Shown: positions 1 to 9,650, numbered from the stretch's first letter. The stretch: DNA of 23,459 nucleotides from an uncultured Nitrososphaeraceae archaeon (GCA_963837175.1 CAWIMJ010000054.1:1-23459); one strand, 5' to 3'. Program-made: numbers and translations. Notes: generated from the sequence alone by a model not told the origin.

Positions 1-20
1 GCATAATGGAAGCTTAAAGC

Positions 21-100
21 TGTTACCTCTTGTTACCATTTTTGTTATCATTGCTATCACTTCGTTACCTCTGCTATCATCTGTTTCCAACTGTTACCAA
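21..100. repeat. Eight imperfect copies of a TGTTACCA-like motif with ~10-bp period
   Basis: Copies start at 21, 31, 43, 52, 63, 72, 82 and 92 (tgttacc, tgttacc, tgttatc, tgctatc, cgttacc, tgctatc, tgtttcc, tgttacc). Confidence 0.65.
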
Positions 101-315
101 TGCACAGTATTTGAGTTCAGAATATCTATAATAATTCTACCTATATGTGCTAATATTCTAATGAGTTTCTTTTGAAATTAGCTTCTGTTATAATATACAC
201 ATTATTTGTTTCTTATCATACACATATTGTTTTGTATTTAAAATTGCATCGTGTCTAACACATAAACAAGTTTATTCAGCAGTTAATCATTCTTTTTCTT
301 TGAATAATAATAATA

Positions 316-978
316 CTAATAAAATGGATTTAACCATTCCATAAAAGCAGCATAGTTAAGTGAACGCTTATCATAAAGGTAGTCTGAAAGTATTTTTATG
401 AATCTGAATCCATTCTTTAATTGAAATAAGATAACAGGGTCTATTATCTTACCTTTTATTACATTTTCCACATATTGAGAAGCAGTTAGTTTATCTGCAT
501 ATTTATAATAGTTGTATAGTCTTCCACCAATTATAATTCTCCTTAGCTTTAGTTTGATGGCTAACTCTTTTCTTGCATTGTAAAGCATTGTAGCGATTCC
601 TTGACGTCGAAAATCAGGATGTGTTGAGATATCTGCACCATATAGAGTATCTCCACTACTAGGATTATGATTTGTAAACATTCCATATCCGGTAATATCA
701 TACCATGTGTGTTCCATATATTCATCAGGATGTAGTAAAACTATTAGACTACTTGCAGATGCAACTATTTTTCTTCTTGTTTTCCTTCTTCCACTTTGAT
801 TTATTGTTATTTCAGCACAAATCTGTCCTTCTGGAAATACGCGAATATGACTTTCAACGTAAGAGTAAGGCCAAATCATGCCATAAGCAGCCATATCAGA
901 AAAAGATTCTTTTTGTAAATCGATAATTTTGGAGATGTTATTCTTGTGAATATTTCTAATGTTAATTTTGCAAGTCAT
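316..978 (-). CDS. GNAT family N-acetyltransferase
   Basis: 220-aa ORF with the acetyl-CoA-binding motif ISTHPDFRRQGIATMLY and C-terminal DPVILFQLKNGF...YAAFMEWLNP. It resembles the GNAT domain of GNAT/carbon-nitrogen hydrolase fusions. Confidence 0.88.
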   Translation of the reverse strand: MTCKINIRNIHKNNISKIIDLQKESFSDMAAYGMIWPYSYVESHIRVFPEGQICAEITINQSGRRKTRRKIVASASSLIVLLHPDEYMEHTWYDITGYGMFTNHNPSSGDTLYGADISTHPDFRRQGIATMLYNARKELAIKLKLRRIIIGGRLYNYYKYADKLTASQYVENVIKGKIIDPVILFQLKNGFRFIKILSDYLYDKRSLNYAAFMEWLNPFY

Positions 979-1225
979 CAGAGTAGTCTGTGAGTTCTTA
1001 TTATCTACACCTTTGTTAACATTATCAATAAATAATATGAAGCAGAATATTTTTACTTATTCGCGCTTTTATTGACATATAACCACGTAATATATAGACC
1101 CTATTCCTTATTCATAACTAGAGTTCAAAAATGGCTCGCTGGATGATAAGGCTTAGCGGTGTTTAGCGTAGTTATTTAAAATAATAAATTCGCGTTTTAA
1201 TTTGGAGATTCCAAACCCTGTGTTA

Positions 1226-1650
1226 TTAAGATAATATCATGATGCTTTTATCTTCGTAAAGTAAACCTTGTTTAACTTTAGCAATATTATAACCTGTAAT
1301 TTCTAGCATAGCTTCTATTTTATCCAAGTATATGCTTGTATTTCTTTATGCTAAGATCCTTAATTTCGATTGAACAACCTCTTTTGTTTGCTAAAGACTC
1401 ATACCAGTAACCTAGTTCTCCTTTACTGGCAGTAAGTTCTAGACCTAACACTTTAACTCTAATATCTTTATCTTTTGGATATTGGTTAGGATTCTTATAG
1501 TTGTTCTGTAAATTGCATATCTTTAGCATCAAACCTGCCATAATCTAAATCCTCAAATGCTTGTTTTATTACTGGTATCACATTAATATTAGACTTCGTT
1601 ATCAAATGAGTGGCAATCTTTTCTATTTGCTGTTTAATCCAGTATGACAT
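1226..1650 (-). pseudogene. Relic of a family B DNA polymerase C-terminal (thumb-like) domain
   Basis: Joining three frames gives MSYWIKQQIEKI...IKQAFEDLDYGRFDAKDMQFTEQL/KNPNQY...LGLELTASKGELGYWY...SIKKYKHIL/DKIEAMLEITGY. This resembles the PolB thumb (L.K.P..Y, G..i.Y, KY...l..G). Two frameshifts; no catalytic motifs. Confidence 0.55.
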
Positions 1651-1767
1651 TTTCTGCTCATATCATTTAGTCAATTAATTGCAAAATTGTCAGAATATAA
1701 AAAATAATGCTTTGTTGCACGACTCATTTAGATAATCATTCATCTATCTTCCAATACTAATTGATAA

Positions 1768-2753
1768 TTATGTAATGGCTATACTCTGAAACCAATTATA
1801 CAATGATACTTTCAGCATTATCTCCTTTATCATGTTTTCAAATCTAATAGCAGTAACATATTCTCCAAACATTCTCTTAATACAGGAAAAGATAGTTTCT
1901 ACAATCCATCTCTTGCCATAGATGACACTATCCTTCCATTGTTGTAGATCGGTTTTCTGTGATTGTACAGGCTTGTTTCTGAGATAGTGATTTGTTTTTC
2001 TGTATATGGAATTCTTTCGTACCTTTATTGCTGGTCTGATTCCTTTAAATGATAATAGTTGGAAATTCCTGTTACTGTCATATGAACCATCAGCAATAAC
2101 AGATTCTACTGTCTTATTTTGATTTATTGTTATATCATCTATCAATTCTGACAGTACTTTACCATCATGTACTTGTTTGCTGGTTACATCTAATGATATT
2201 ATTTTCCTCTTTTTGATATCAACTGCTACATGTATCTTTAGGTATCCTCTCTTTACATTCCACTTACTTATGTCTAATCCATTCACCTCTATTTGTTACC
2301 TTGATACCAGTCGAATCAACTGCAATTACAAAATAATCATCATTGTTGTTATTGTTTTTGCTGTTTATGTTGATATCCAATCTGTTTATTCTTCTGTTAA
2401 TGTTACTATAATAATCAGGAATGGATGGTAATGTACTTGAAGCGCGTTCTCGTACTACACCTTCGGTTTGTCTATACCAATTTGCATAATTTCTCTAACT
2501 CAACAATCGATTTTTACCTCTGAAATTCCTAAAGTGTAGTTAGAATACTTTTGCTAACTGGTATATAAGGTAGATGAAAGTACACCCTCATGTAGCCAAG
2601 TAATTCGATAAATGAATCTGGATATACAAATTTTCTACCTTCTTTACCTTGATTCATCTTCTCTAATTCAGTAGGCCAGTTATCTATAACATCAAAATCA
2701 AGTAATACCTCACCACGTTTAACAAGAGATTTGTTGTAATTTCTCCAGTTCAT
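1768..2753 (-). pseudogene. IS5-family DDE transposase, disrupted
   Basis: N-terminus MNWRNYNKSLVKRG, with DDE motifs IAVDSTG, IADGSYD and RWIVETIFSCIKRMFG. It is broken by an 89-bp insertion (2475-2563) and a 4-bp duplication at about 2262-2270. Confidence 0.9.
2475..2563. mobile_element. 89-bp MITE-like insertion with TA target-site duplication (IS630-like)
   Basis: TA at 2473-2474 and 2564-2565. The 26-bp imperfect TIRs TACCAATTTGCATAATTTCTCTAACT and TACCAGTTAGCAAAAGTATTCTAACT match at 20/26. Removing the insert plus one TA restores transposase codons CCT TAT AGA CAA (HLPYRQTEG). Confidence 0.85.
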
Positions 2754-3059
2754 ATAAGATGACTATTATCGGTTAGCTAAATGTGTTTATAGCAATGAGT
2801 TGTGCAACAAAGCAAAAAATAACAAAACCACTAATATGGACATGAAGATAGAAAATGGATAATAAAAAGAGGCAGAACAGAAGAAGATTGGAAGAAAAAG
2901 AAGCATACTCATTATCAGTAGAAGATGTGACTTTTATATCAGATTACTTTACTTGGTGTGTCTATAAGCTTAAACGTAAAAAAAGAGAAGAACAACAAGA
3001 AGAAGAGTACAATGCCTATGTAGAATGATAAATCATGCCTATTATTAGCCCATTTATGT

Positions 3060-3149
3060 TTAGATATTTTCTGGTCTAGAGATGAAAGTCTTCAAGGTTC
3101 AGAAAACATTCCAATGCCAGATATTATTGCAAAAGATATTGCAGAAAAT
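3060..3149 (+). pseudogene. hsdM: Fragment of type I restriction-modification methyltransferase (HsdM) C-terminus
   Basis: Translates LDIFWSRDESLQGSENIPMPDIIAKDIAEN, resembling the HsdM tail LDIFWLKDESLED..NLP.PDVIA.EI.E. No upstream part is present. Confidence 0.65.
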
Positions 3150-3555
3150 TATTCCTATAAATATTGCACCTTCTTCTCTCCTCTAGCTGTACTCAACAAA
3201 CAATAGAAACATTTTGTTTTGCCATAATTTGGATTCCTTCTATATGCTCCATCAACTCAATATAAAGGGATCTGTTAGGTTAACGATAAATCTATAGATA
3301 TGGTGTCAAAATAAGAATAAGATATAGTATCAACCAATTTAATTATTTTCTAAAAAAATACACTATATTTTTAACTTGCCGGTGCTAGGTCATCTTGATG
3401 AGATAAAATACGCGCGAATCTTATTTCTCTACCAGCGAATTTAACATATTCTATTACATCATCTGCTACTATATTCAGCCACCCATAATATGATATTTCA
3501 AGTATTATTTCCACATGAGTGATTCGCAAAGGAAAAAATTGTGGATGCTCCTGTA

Positions 3556-3872
3556 TTAGGACCATCCACCAATTGGTTTATCCAGTATTTTTGATCCCTG
3601 CAGCACTTCGTAAAGGAACCATTTGCGACGTTCTGTCTTGTCCAGAATGTCCTGAAGTAGGTTGCTAGTAGGAGAATCTCGGTTCTTATCGCATACCGTG
3701 ATTGCATCACGTATCATCTTACTATATGGCCGTTGTCTTCCATCAAAATCCGAACCATCTCTCCTGGCGGTACCAAGTTGCTGTTATCGTCTTCTATGGT
3801 TTGAAGCTGACCTATGTGACTTATGCTTCGTGTTGTCGTACCGCCTACTCTTCACACACGTTCTGCTACTAT
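3556..3872 (-). pseudogene. dps: Dps/ferritin-like DNA protection protein, 3' fragment
   Basis: AERV*RVGGTTTRSISHIGQLQTIEDDN...EMVRILMEDNGHI/MIRDAITVCDKNRDSPTSNLLQDILDKTERRKWFLYE. TGA stop at 3852-3854 and a frameshift near 3720. The 5' part is missing. Confidence 0.85.
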
Positions 3873-4078
3873 ATGCTCCCCCGCTTTAATCTATGAAAAG
3901 AGAACTATAATCAATGTACGGGATGATAGGGTTTACTTGTTCTTAAAGTACTACTTGATCTATTTGGCAGAAACTTTGTTCTACTTATAGGTAAAGATGG
4001 TAATGAGTGGATTAAAGCTTCAAGAAGTATCTTATCATCACCACAGGTTGAAGATTGCTTTCATTGCTTATACTTCTA

Positions 4079-4729
4079 TTACCAAGTATTCCAATGTACA
4101 ATCGTATGAACTGAGTTGCGAAGTGCAGGTTTAAAATCAGTACCTATGGTATATGCCACAGGAATTAATGCAGCTTGCATGACATCTTTGTATGGAATAT
4201 TCAATATATTTGCAGCCTCTTCTTCATAGAATAGATGTAAGCTTGTCCAAGATGTACCTAAACCAAAGGAGCGAGCTCCAAGCATAAAGCTCCATGCTGC
4301 TGGAGCAATAGAACCCCATACAGCACTCTGCACAACAGTTGGTTGTCCTTCAGTACCAGCTGCTATACATGGTATTACATAAACTGGAACTAGCGCTAAA
4401 TGATCTACCAAATATTCAGCAGAGGAAATAATTCTTTTCTGGGTAGCATTTCGTTTGGGATCCTCAAATTTGATGTTAGTGATTGACGTAGGAAGCTTGA
4501 TATAAGTTTCCCAACCCTTACGAAATAGTTCTGCTAATGCAGCCTTCTTGATAGTATCGGTAACTACTACAAAGTGCCAATTCTGCATATTTGAAGCGGT
4601 AGGAGCTTGTTGAGCTATAGAAATGCATTCTTCAATCACCTCGCGTTCTACCGGACGGCTTAAGTCGAGGCGTTTACGCACTGCACGAGTTGTTGTAAGT
4701 AATTCTTTAGCAGATAGTGGAAGCATCAT
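4079..4729 (-). CDS. Nitroreductase family protein (FMN-dependent)
   Basis: Motifs TTRAVRKRLD, AQQAPTASNMQNWHFVVV, FMLGARSFGLGTSW and IPVAY. Confidence 0.92.
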   Translation of the reverse strand: MMLPLSAKELLTTTRAVRKRLDLSRPVEREVIEECISIAQQAPTASNMQNWHFVVVTDTIKKAALAELFRKGWETYIKLPTSITNIKFEDPKRNATQKRIISSAEYLVDHLALVPVYVIPCIAAGTEGQPTVVQSAVWGSIAPAAWSFMLGARSFGLGTSWTSLHLFYEEEAANILNIPYKDVMQAALIPVAYTIGTDFKPALRNSVHTIVHWNTW

Positions 4730-4889
4730 ATTCTTTACTGTCCTGCAACTATAGAATTAATTAGCTTATTGTTATCAAACTACCAATTTGGTCATCATAA
4801 TCCTTTGTATTAGAAGCAGAGCAGTATGGTTTCTGTATTAGATAAGCTTTGGAACTTTATAAATAGCATTATAATCTCACTAGTTTAGC

Positions 4890-6548
4890 ATGTTCATGTA
4901 TTTAGAAGAATATAACAGCTTAACAAAGATAATATTAATAATTGTGTTACTAGCCTTAGTTTCAGGTACACATGCTTTCAATTCTTCCTTTGCATATGCA
5001 TTAGAAGAAGACGAAAAGGAGCCGGAGAAATTGCAGAATATCGTTATAAATCCCTTATCATCATCCCTAAGCTCCAAGCCTCCTTACTCCTTATTAGATC
5101 CAAACCCATCTTTAATTGACAAAGGTGGCAACCTAATTAATAACATCAGTAAGGTTGCAAACATAACCACATATCGTAGTGGAACTATAGCTGATGGTGT
5201 CTCAAAACTAATTCTTCTTGTATATTCCAACAATACGCTGCAATTTTCAATTAATGGTACAAAGCCTGATGATTTAACAAATGGAACATTAACTAGTCTC
5301 AACCAATCATCAAATGTCAATAATTTATCCTCTACTATCATTGTTAGTCCTCAAAATATTATTAATGGAAAATCAGTTGTTGCTGCCGTATACACACCTC
5401 CAGACTTCTTTAACAATCAATACACTGGAAGCAATAGGATTATCAATGTAAATGTCTCAGATCCAAATAATCCTGCTAGTATACTTTATGAACTTCCAAT
5501 ACATCTATACCGTCCTCCTGTCATTCTTATCCATGGCATTTGGACTAATTCAAAAGAGACCTGGGTAGAGAATAGTTTCACTAAAATTAACTTCAGTAAA
5601 ACATTGAAAGATAGTGGCTTTAATATTACTTTTGCCAACTACGAAAACCATAATTCTGAAACATTCGATCCATATGCAATTAAAACAATTGGAAATTATG
5701 GAATAGACGCAACTAGAAATGCAATATATAAGATACTTGAAGGGTATCATAACCAATCAATAGCAGCATCCCAAGTAGACGTAGTAGCTCATAGTATGGG
5801 TGGTTTGATGGCTCGTGGCTTTGTACAGGAGCCTGATTATATAAAACAGGATAACTTTATGAAAGGTTCAATTCACCGATTGATAACTCTTGGCACACCA
5901 CATTTTGGTGGAAACTTATCACAGATTCTGGATCGTTATAGTGATCACTTGTATTGCCGTATTGGATTAGAAATAAAACCACCAACACAGAATTGCGAAG
6001 CTCAATTAGGCGGGCAATTAGAAGACTTGAAAATTATTTTCAACAACACCTACAAAGTACCAATTGATCAAGGAGGTGTTAAGGCATTAATCCCTGGAAG
6101 TATTGCCTATTCCCACTTATGTCAAACAAATGTAACATCATATGCTATTGCAGGTAGATGGAATCCAAAGGCTACTGTCAGCCATGTTGTACAAGAAGGT
6201 CTTTATAGAAACATTATAGAAAATGGTAATTTTGATTTAGATAAGGATGGGTTCAATGACCAAAATGATCTGGTGGTAAGCGTAAAAAGCCAGCTTGGTG
6301 GCCTTCCAAATCAAACTCGCCAATCAGAGAGCAATAATATTCCCAATAATGATAATATTCCCAATCAGAGAGCAGTATATCCTAATATTGTCCATGCACC
6401 AAGGTATACAAAAGGTACAAACATATATTCGGAAACAATGTCACCGGATATTCAGCAAGATGTCATAACATTGCTTGGCTCTTCAGCGGAGAATAAATTT
6501 AGTGATGCCATTGGAATAGGTTCTGTATGTCATATTCCTACAAAGTAA
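4890..6548 (+). CDS. Secreted/membrane-anchored alpha/beta hydrolase (lipase/esterase, PGAP1-like)
   Basis: N-terminal hydrophobic signal (IILIIVLLALVSG), oxyanion segment PVILIHGIW, nucleophile elbow VAHSMGG, LITLGTPHFG, NDLVV (Asp) and IVH (His). Confidence 0.85.
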   Translation: MFMYLEEYNSLTKIILIIVLLALVSGTHAFNSSFAYALEEDEKEPEKLQNIVINPLSSSLSSKPPYSLLDPNPSLIDKGGNLINNISKVANITTYRSGTIADGVSKLILLVYSNNTLQFSINGTKPDDLTNGTLTSLNQSSNVNNLSSTIIVSPQNIINGKSVVAAVYTPPDFFNNQYTGSNRIINVNVSDPNNPASILYELPIHLYRPPVILIHGIWTNSKETWVENSFTKINFSKTLKDSGFNITFANYENHNSETFDPYAIKTIGNYGIDATRNAIYKILEGYHNQSIAASQVDVVAHSMGGLMARGFVQEPDYIKQDNFMKGSIHRLITLGTPHFGGNLSQILDRYSDHLYCRIGLEIKPPTQNCEAQLGGQLEDLKIIFNNTYKVPIDQGGVKALIPGSIAYSHLCQTNVTSYAIAGRWNPKATVSHVVQEGLYRNIIENGNFDLDKDGFNDQNDLVVSVKSQLGGLPNQTRQSESNNIPNNDNIPNQRAVYPNIVHAPRYTKGTNIYSETMSPDIQQDVITLLGSSAENKFSDAIGIGSVCHIPTK

Positions 6549-6708
6549 CCATAATAAACATAATTACAAGTGGGCATACACATCGTTATTTGTATGATGG
6601 AATTGTGCCGAATTACATAGTTACTAATTTCTCTATTCTTTGTTGCCAAATTGTAAGTCTACAGTGATTAGAAAAAGAGGTCTAGGAATATTATAATTCA
6701 TGGATTGC

Positions 6709-6889
6709 TTAGCCACCAATATTCAAGGCATATGATATTTCAGATTTAGTGAGTACGTATGATAATGGATAGTTAATCTTGTCTGTCTTGATAGGATCAT
6801 CTTCTAGAATTCCTAGGATACAAGCCATCTTCAATAAGTAAGTATTGTTCAAACAGTAGAAGGAAAAGAATTTCCTTTTTGACTGTCAT
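6709..6889 (-). pseudogene. Small hypothetical protein, frameshifted by a 4-bp duplication
   Basis: ATG overlaps the upstream stop (ATGA, 6886-6889). Reads MTVKKEILFLLLFEQY/LLKMACILGILEDDP...NIGG*. TAAGTAAG at 6835-6842; span 181 = 3n+1. Confidence 0.4.
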
Positions 6890-7635
6890 TTGTTAAAATT
6901 TATCTGAGTGTTATTGTTATTGCTTCTTGCACAATCTGTTTCATAGCCAGTCACTATGCCATCTTCAGCTTTCAAATAGAAATACTTGGCTCCTTCTCTT
7001 GATGCATTAAACATTTTGATTAAAAGATCAGTTGACAATACTACTTCACCATTTGTTTCTTTCATTATCATGACTTTTTCCTGAAGCTCTTCTCTTTTCT
7101 CTTTCAGGCTTTCAATCTCTCTATCCTTATCTGAAAGCATCTCTGAGACATCATATAGTTCCTGAGTCGGTTCTCTAGCTTCCAATTGTTGATTTAGTTG
7201 GTTATGAAAAGTCGCAGATTCTTGCTTATTTTGCTCATATGAGTCATTTTCTGCTAGAACGATTCTAGCACCTCCTGCTTGTGTTGTATTTTGTGTGATT
7301 AGTAGCAGCATTGCCTTCTTTTTCTTCTCTTCTCCGCCCATTTTCCCAGCCTCCCGTTTCTTTGGATCCTTTGACTCTGGAGGAAGGTATTTTCGTATAG
7401 TTGCTTTAGACTATAAATCCACACAATCATGTTCTATCTTATCCCTGCAATCTTCAGGAGGCATCTTCTCCTCATCTCTTAGGATAATATATAATTCGAT
7501 GATGTATTGATTGGCTAGTCTCTCACCTTTCTGCCTTAGTTCATTCAGAACATCATCATAATGGAGAGAAAGAAAAGAAGATTGGCTTCTGTAGCAGAAG
7601 CCGCTCGAGTTGTAATAGGAGATTATCTATCCCAT
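6886..7635 (-). pseudogene. Coiled-coil hypothetical protein with in-frame premature stop
   Basis: The frame upstream of the 6886-7341 ORF continues YDDVLNELRQKGERLANQYII...HDCVDL*SKATIRKYLP. TAG at 7411-7413, probably from TGG. The true start is uncertain, with a further TAG just after ATG 7635. Confidence 0.65.
7563..7602 (-). terminator. Possible terminator-like hairpin
   Basis: GGCTTCTG-tag-CAGAAGCC 8-bp stem (7584-7602) followed on the minus strand by a pyrimidine/T-rich run. It lies ~40 bp downstream of the 7644 stop. Confidence 0.3.
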
Positions 7636-7643
7636 AGTGAAGG

Positions 7644-8485
7644 TTAAGAACAATGGTCACATTTTCCCTGAAGCATCTTTGCCTTAAGTTTTATACTATT
7701 AGTCAACTTAGTTAACTGTTCATTAAATTTTCTACTATCGTCTTCCTTTCTTTTCTGAATGATATGATAGTTAGTAATGTCGGCAGATATTTCAGGATTA
7801 CGAACTATATTATTGAGTGTAGTAACAAGATTATCCGCTCGCTTTTGATCGAATAAATGAAGATGAAACCATTTATTATTTGATATAATACCTCTCTCTC
7901 CTTTAGGATTACGTTTAAAGATAAAACCGTTCCAAGTATTGATATCATCAACTTCAGTTAGTGTGTGATTAGCTATTCCTTCTATGTCGAACGATGGTTT
8001 GGGTTCTACTCTTGAATTTTCATTGTCAGGTTTTATTATTTCTTCTGTTTCCTTTCTTATTCTTTCCTTAAGTTTCTCAGCAACTACAGCAAATAATTCA
8101 TCTGTTTTCTTCTCAGATTCTATGACTACATCTAATGAGGAGGATACTTCACTATGTCCAGTTTTCAGATGCTGTCGAAACTCTTTTCCATATTTGAAGT
8201 TCGTGAAAAACGACCCCAAATTGTAAATGGGCGATCTTTCATATTCTTCAATAAATTCTTTAACTAATGTATCACAATGTTGCTTACGTTCTTTAGTCCT
8301 CTTGTTCGTACGTTGGATAAAAAACTGGTTAATATTGGCCCAATGCTTGTTAATATAGTTAGATATTTGCTGGCGTTTGGTAGTCCAAGGAGAGCATCTA
8401 TTTGGCTTCCAAATATCGCAATACCTACAGATGATACTATGGCTATTGGAACCAAGATCATCAATGACTTGATGAAGCTTTTCAT
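7644..8485 (-). pseudogene. Membrane-anchored hypothetical protein split by a homopolymer frameshift
   Basis: The hydrophobic ORF 8264-8485 joins the 7644 frame at the T6 run (8319-8324). One extra T gives ...ILTSFFIQRTNKRTKERKQH..., a TM segment followed by basic residues. Span 842 = 3n+2. Confidence 0.65.
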
Positions 8486-8674
8486 GTAAACTTCTATAGC
8501 TTCCTATAGCTGGAAATATAAATGAACTACCAATCTTCTTGAACTTCATTACAATTAGCTAATCCCATAAACTCGTCTAGCGTTATATAGCTGGTTCGAT
8601 TCCATCAACCGATCGTTTACAACTTATGTGACATATCCAAACAACCGTAAACTTGACAGAACTAGGAAAAGAAA

Positions 8675-9650
8675 TCAATAATAGTTAGAATCTCCTTTTG
8701 TATTGAAGTACAGCTTTTCTTCTATGGCGTCTTGAAATGTTTTGTGAGGATATTCTAGGCGTTCTTTTCGTATTGTTGTTGATGTTGCTGTTAGCATACT
8801 GGAATTCATACGTTTTGAATAATTACGAATTAGAGCATTCTGTCCATCACGCCATGTTGAGCAGAAGTTCTGTCCAGTATATTCGTTTGAACCATCTTGA
8901 CCAAAGTGCCACATGGTAACAATCCATGTACTATGTTCTGGGATGGGAAGACTTTCATATCCACCTGCAACAGACTTGCCGCACTCATCAACTATCCTTG
9001 ATAACTTTTCTTCCACTCTTGTCAATGCATTAGATAATCGAATAAGTCCACTAGTATCAGTAACTATTGGTGCATTAGAACATGCCACAACAACAGTTAC
9101 CGTATCTGTCCTGTGTACAGTAGTTCTAATTCTAAGGTTATTACTAATATTCAAGAGAGGTAGGTCTATGAACTTACTTACAGGGTGTGATGTGTATTTG
9201 GATGATGACGATGATGAAGATGAAGAGACTATAGTCCAGATATCTGGTACTTGGAACTTCAGATGTATATCGTGGAGAGAGTTGTTATCTAGAGGAAGTT
9301 CTTTGATTATGTTGCAGATAGGTACGATTAAGATTAGGATTAGGATCTATGACAGAAGAAGCAGAATCAGTGACACCGATGACAGATGATACCCCCATAT
9401 GGTTAGGTGTCATCGGTTTAGCAAACTTAATACCCTTCAATGTATAAAATGCAAGAGCTGAATTGTATGCTAATTCAATCTCATCATTAGCTTTCAATTC
9501 CGAGATCTTGTTACGGAACGTTCCATGTGTCATTTTATACTCCTTTCCATTTACTTCAAATCTTAGGAAATCAAGGTAAGAGAAGGTTCTGTGTTCTACA
9601 AATACCAAGTAAGCCATATATTCTTGCATGGCATCATCAAGCTCACTCAT
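8675..9650 (-). pseudogene. ~324-aa hypothetical protein, candidate replication initiator (N-terminal wHTH-like; Rep_trans-like C-terminal motifs), one frameshift
   Basis: MSELDDAM...HGTFRNKISELKANDEIE continues after a shift in the ATCCTA tandem repeat (~9325-9346) into PICNIIKELPLDNNSLHDIHLKF...WIVTMWHFGQD...LIRNYSK...IRKE. Span 976 = 3n+1. The Rep call is inference. Confidence 0.6.

Larger units (their letters stand above)
1708..2814 (-). mobile_element. IS5-family insertion sequence (IS903-like ends), inactivated
   Basis: 21-bp TIRs TGCTTTGTTGCACGACTCATT (1708-1728) and AATGAGTTGTGCAACAAAGCA (2794-2814), with one mismatch. The flanking direct repeat AAAAATAA lies at 1700-1707 and 2815-2822. 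The element encloses a DDE transposase. Confidence 0.92.

Noticed and set aside
21-100. Possible CRISPR array
   Set aside because: Units are ~10 bp with no spacers, and there are no cas genes.
3876-3891. CTCCCCCGCTTTAATC resembling tRNA intron 2 (CTCCCGCTCTATC)
   Set aside because: Short and gapped; compatible with chance.
3371-3896. Track ORFs 3371-3565, 3498-3710, 3662-3889 and 3702-3896
   Set aside because: The last three are alternative-frame or antisense shadows of the Dps remnant; 3371-3565 has no recognisable features.
4781-4790. TACCAATTTG identical to the MITE left end
   Set aside because: Only 10 bp, with no preceding TA duplication or partner TIR.
6321-6374. Internal duplications in the hydrolase gene (ATAATATTCCCAAT x2, CAATCAGAGAGCA x2)
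   Set aside because: Frame-preserving loop expansion with no sign of a separate function.
7411-7413. In-frame TAG as pyrrolysine or readthrough
   Set aside because: No pyl genes are in view, and neighbouring genes are decayed; a TGG-to-TAG nonsense change is simpler.
8486-8549. Start of the 301-aa ORF at 8549
   Set aside because: The alternative frame from 8485 gives a much more protein-like TM N-terminus.
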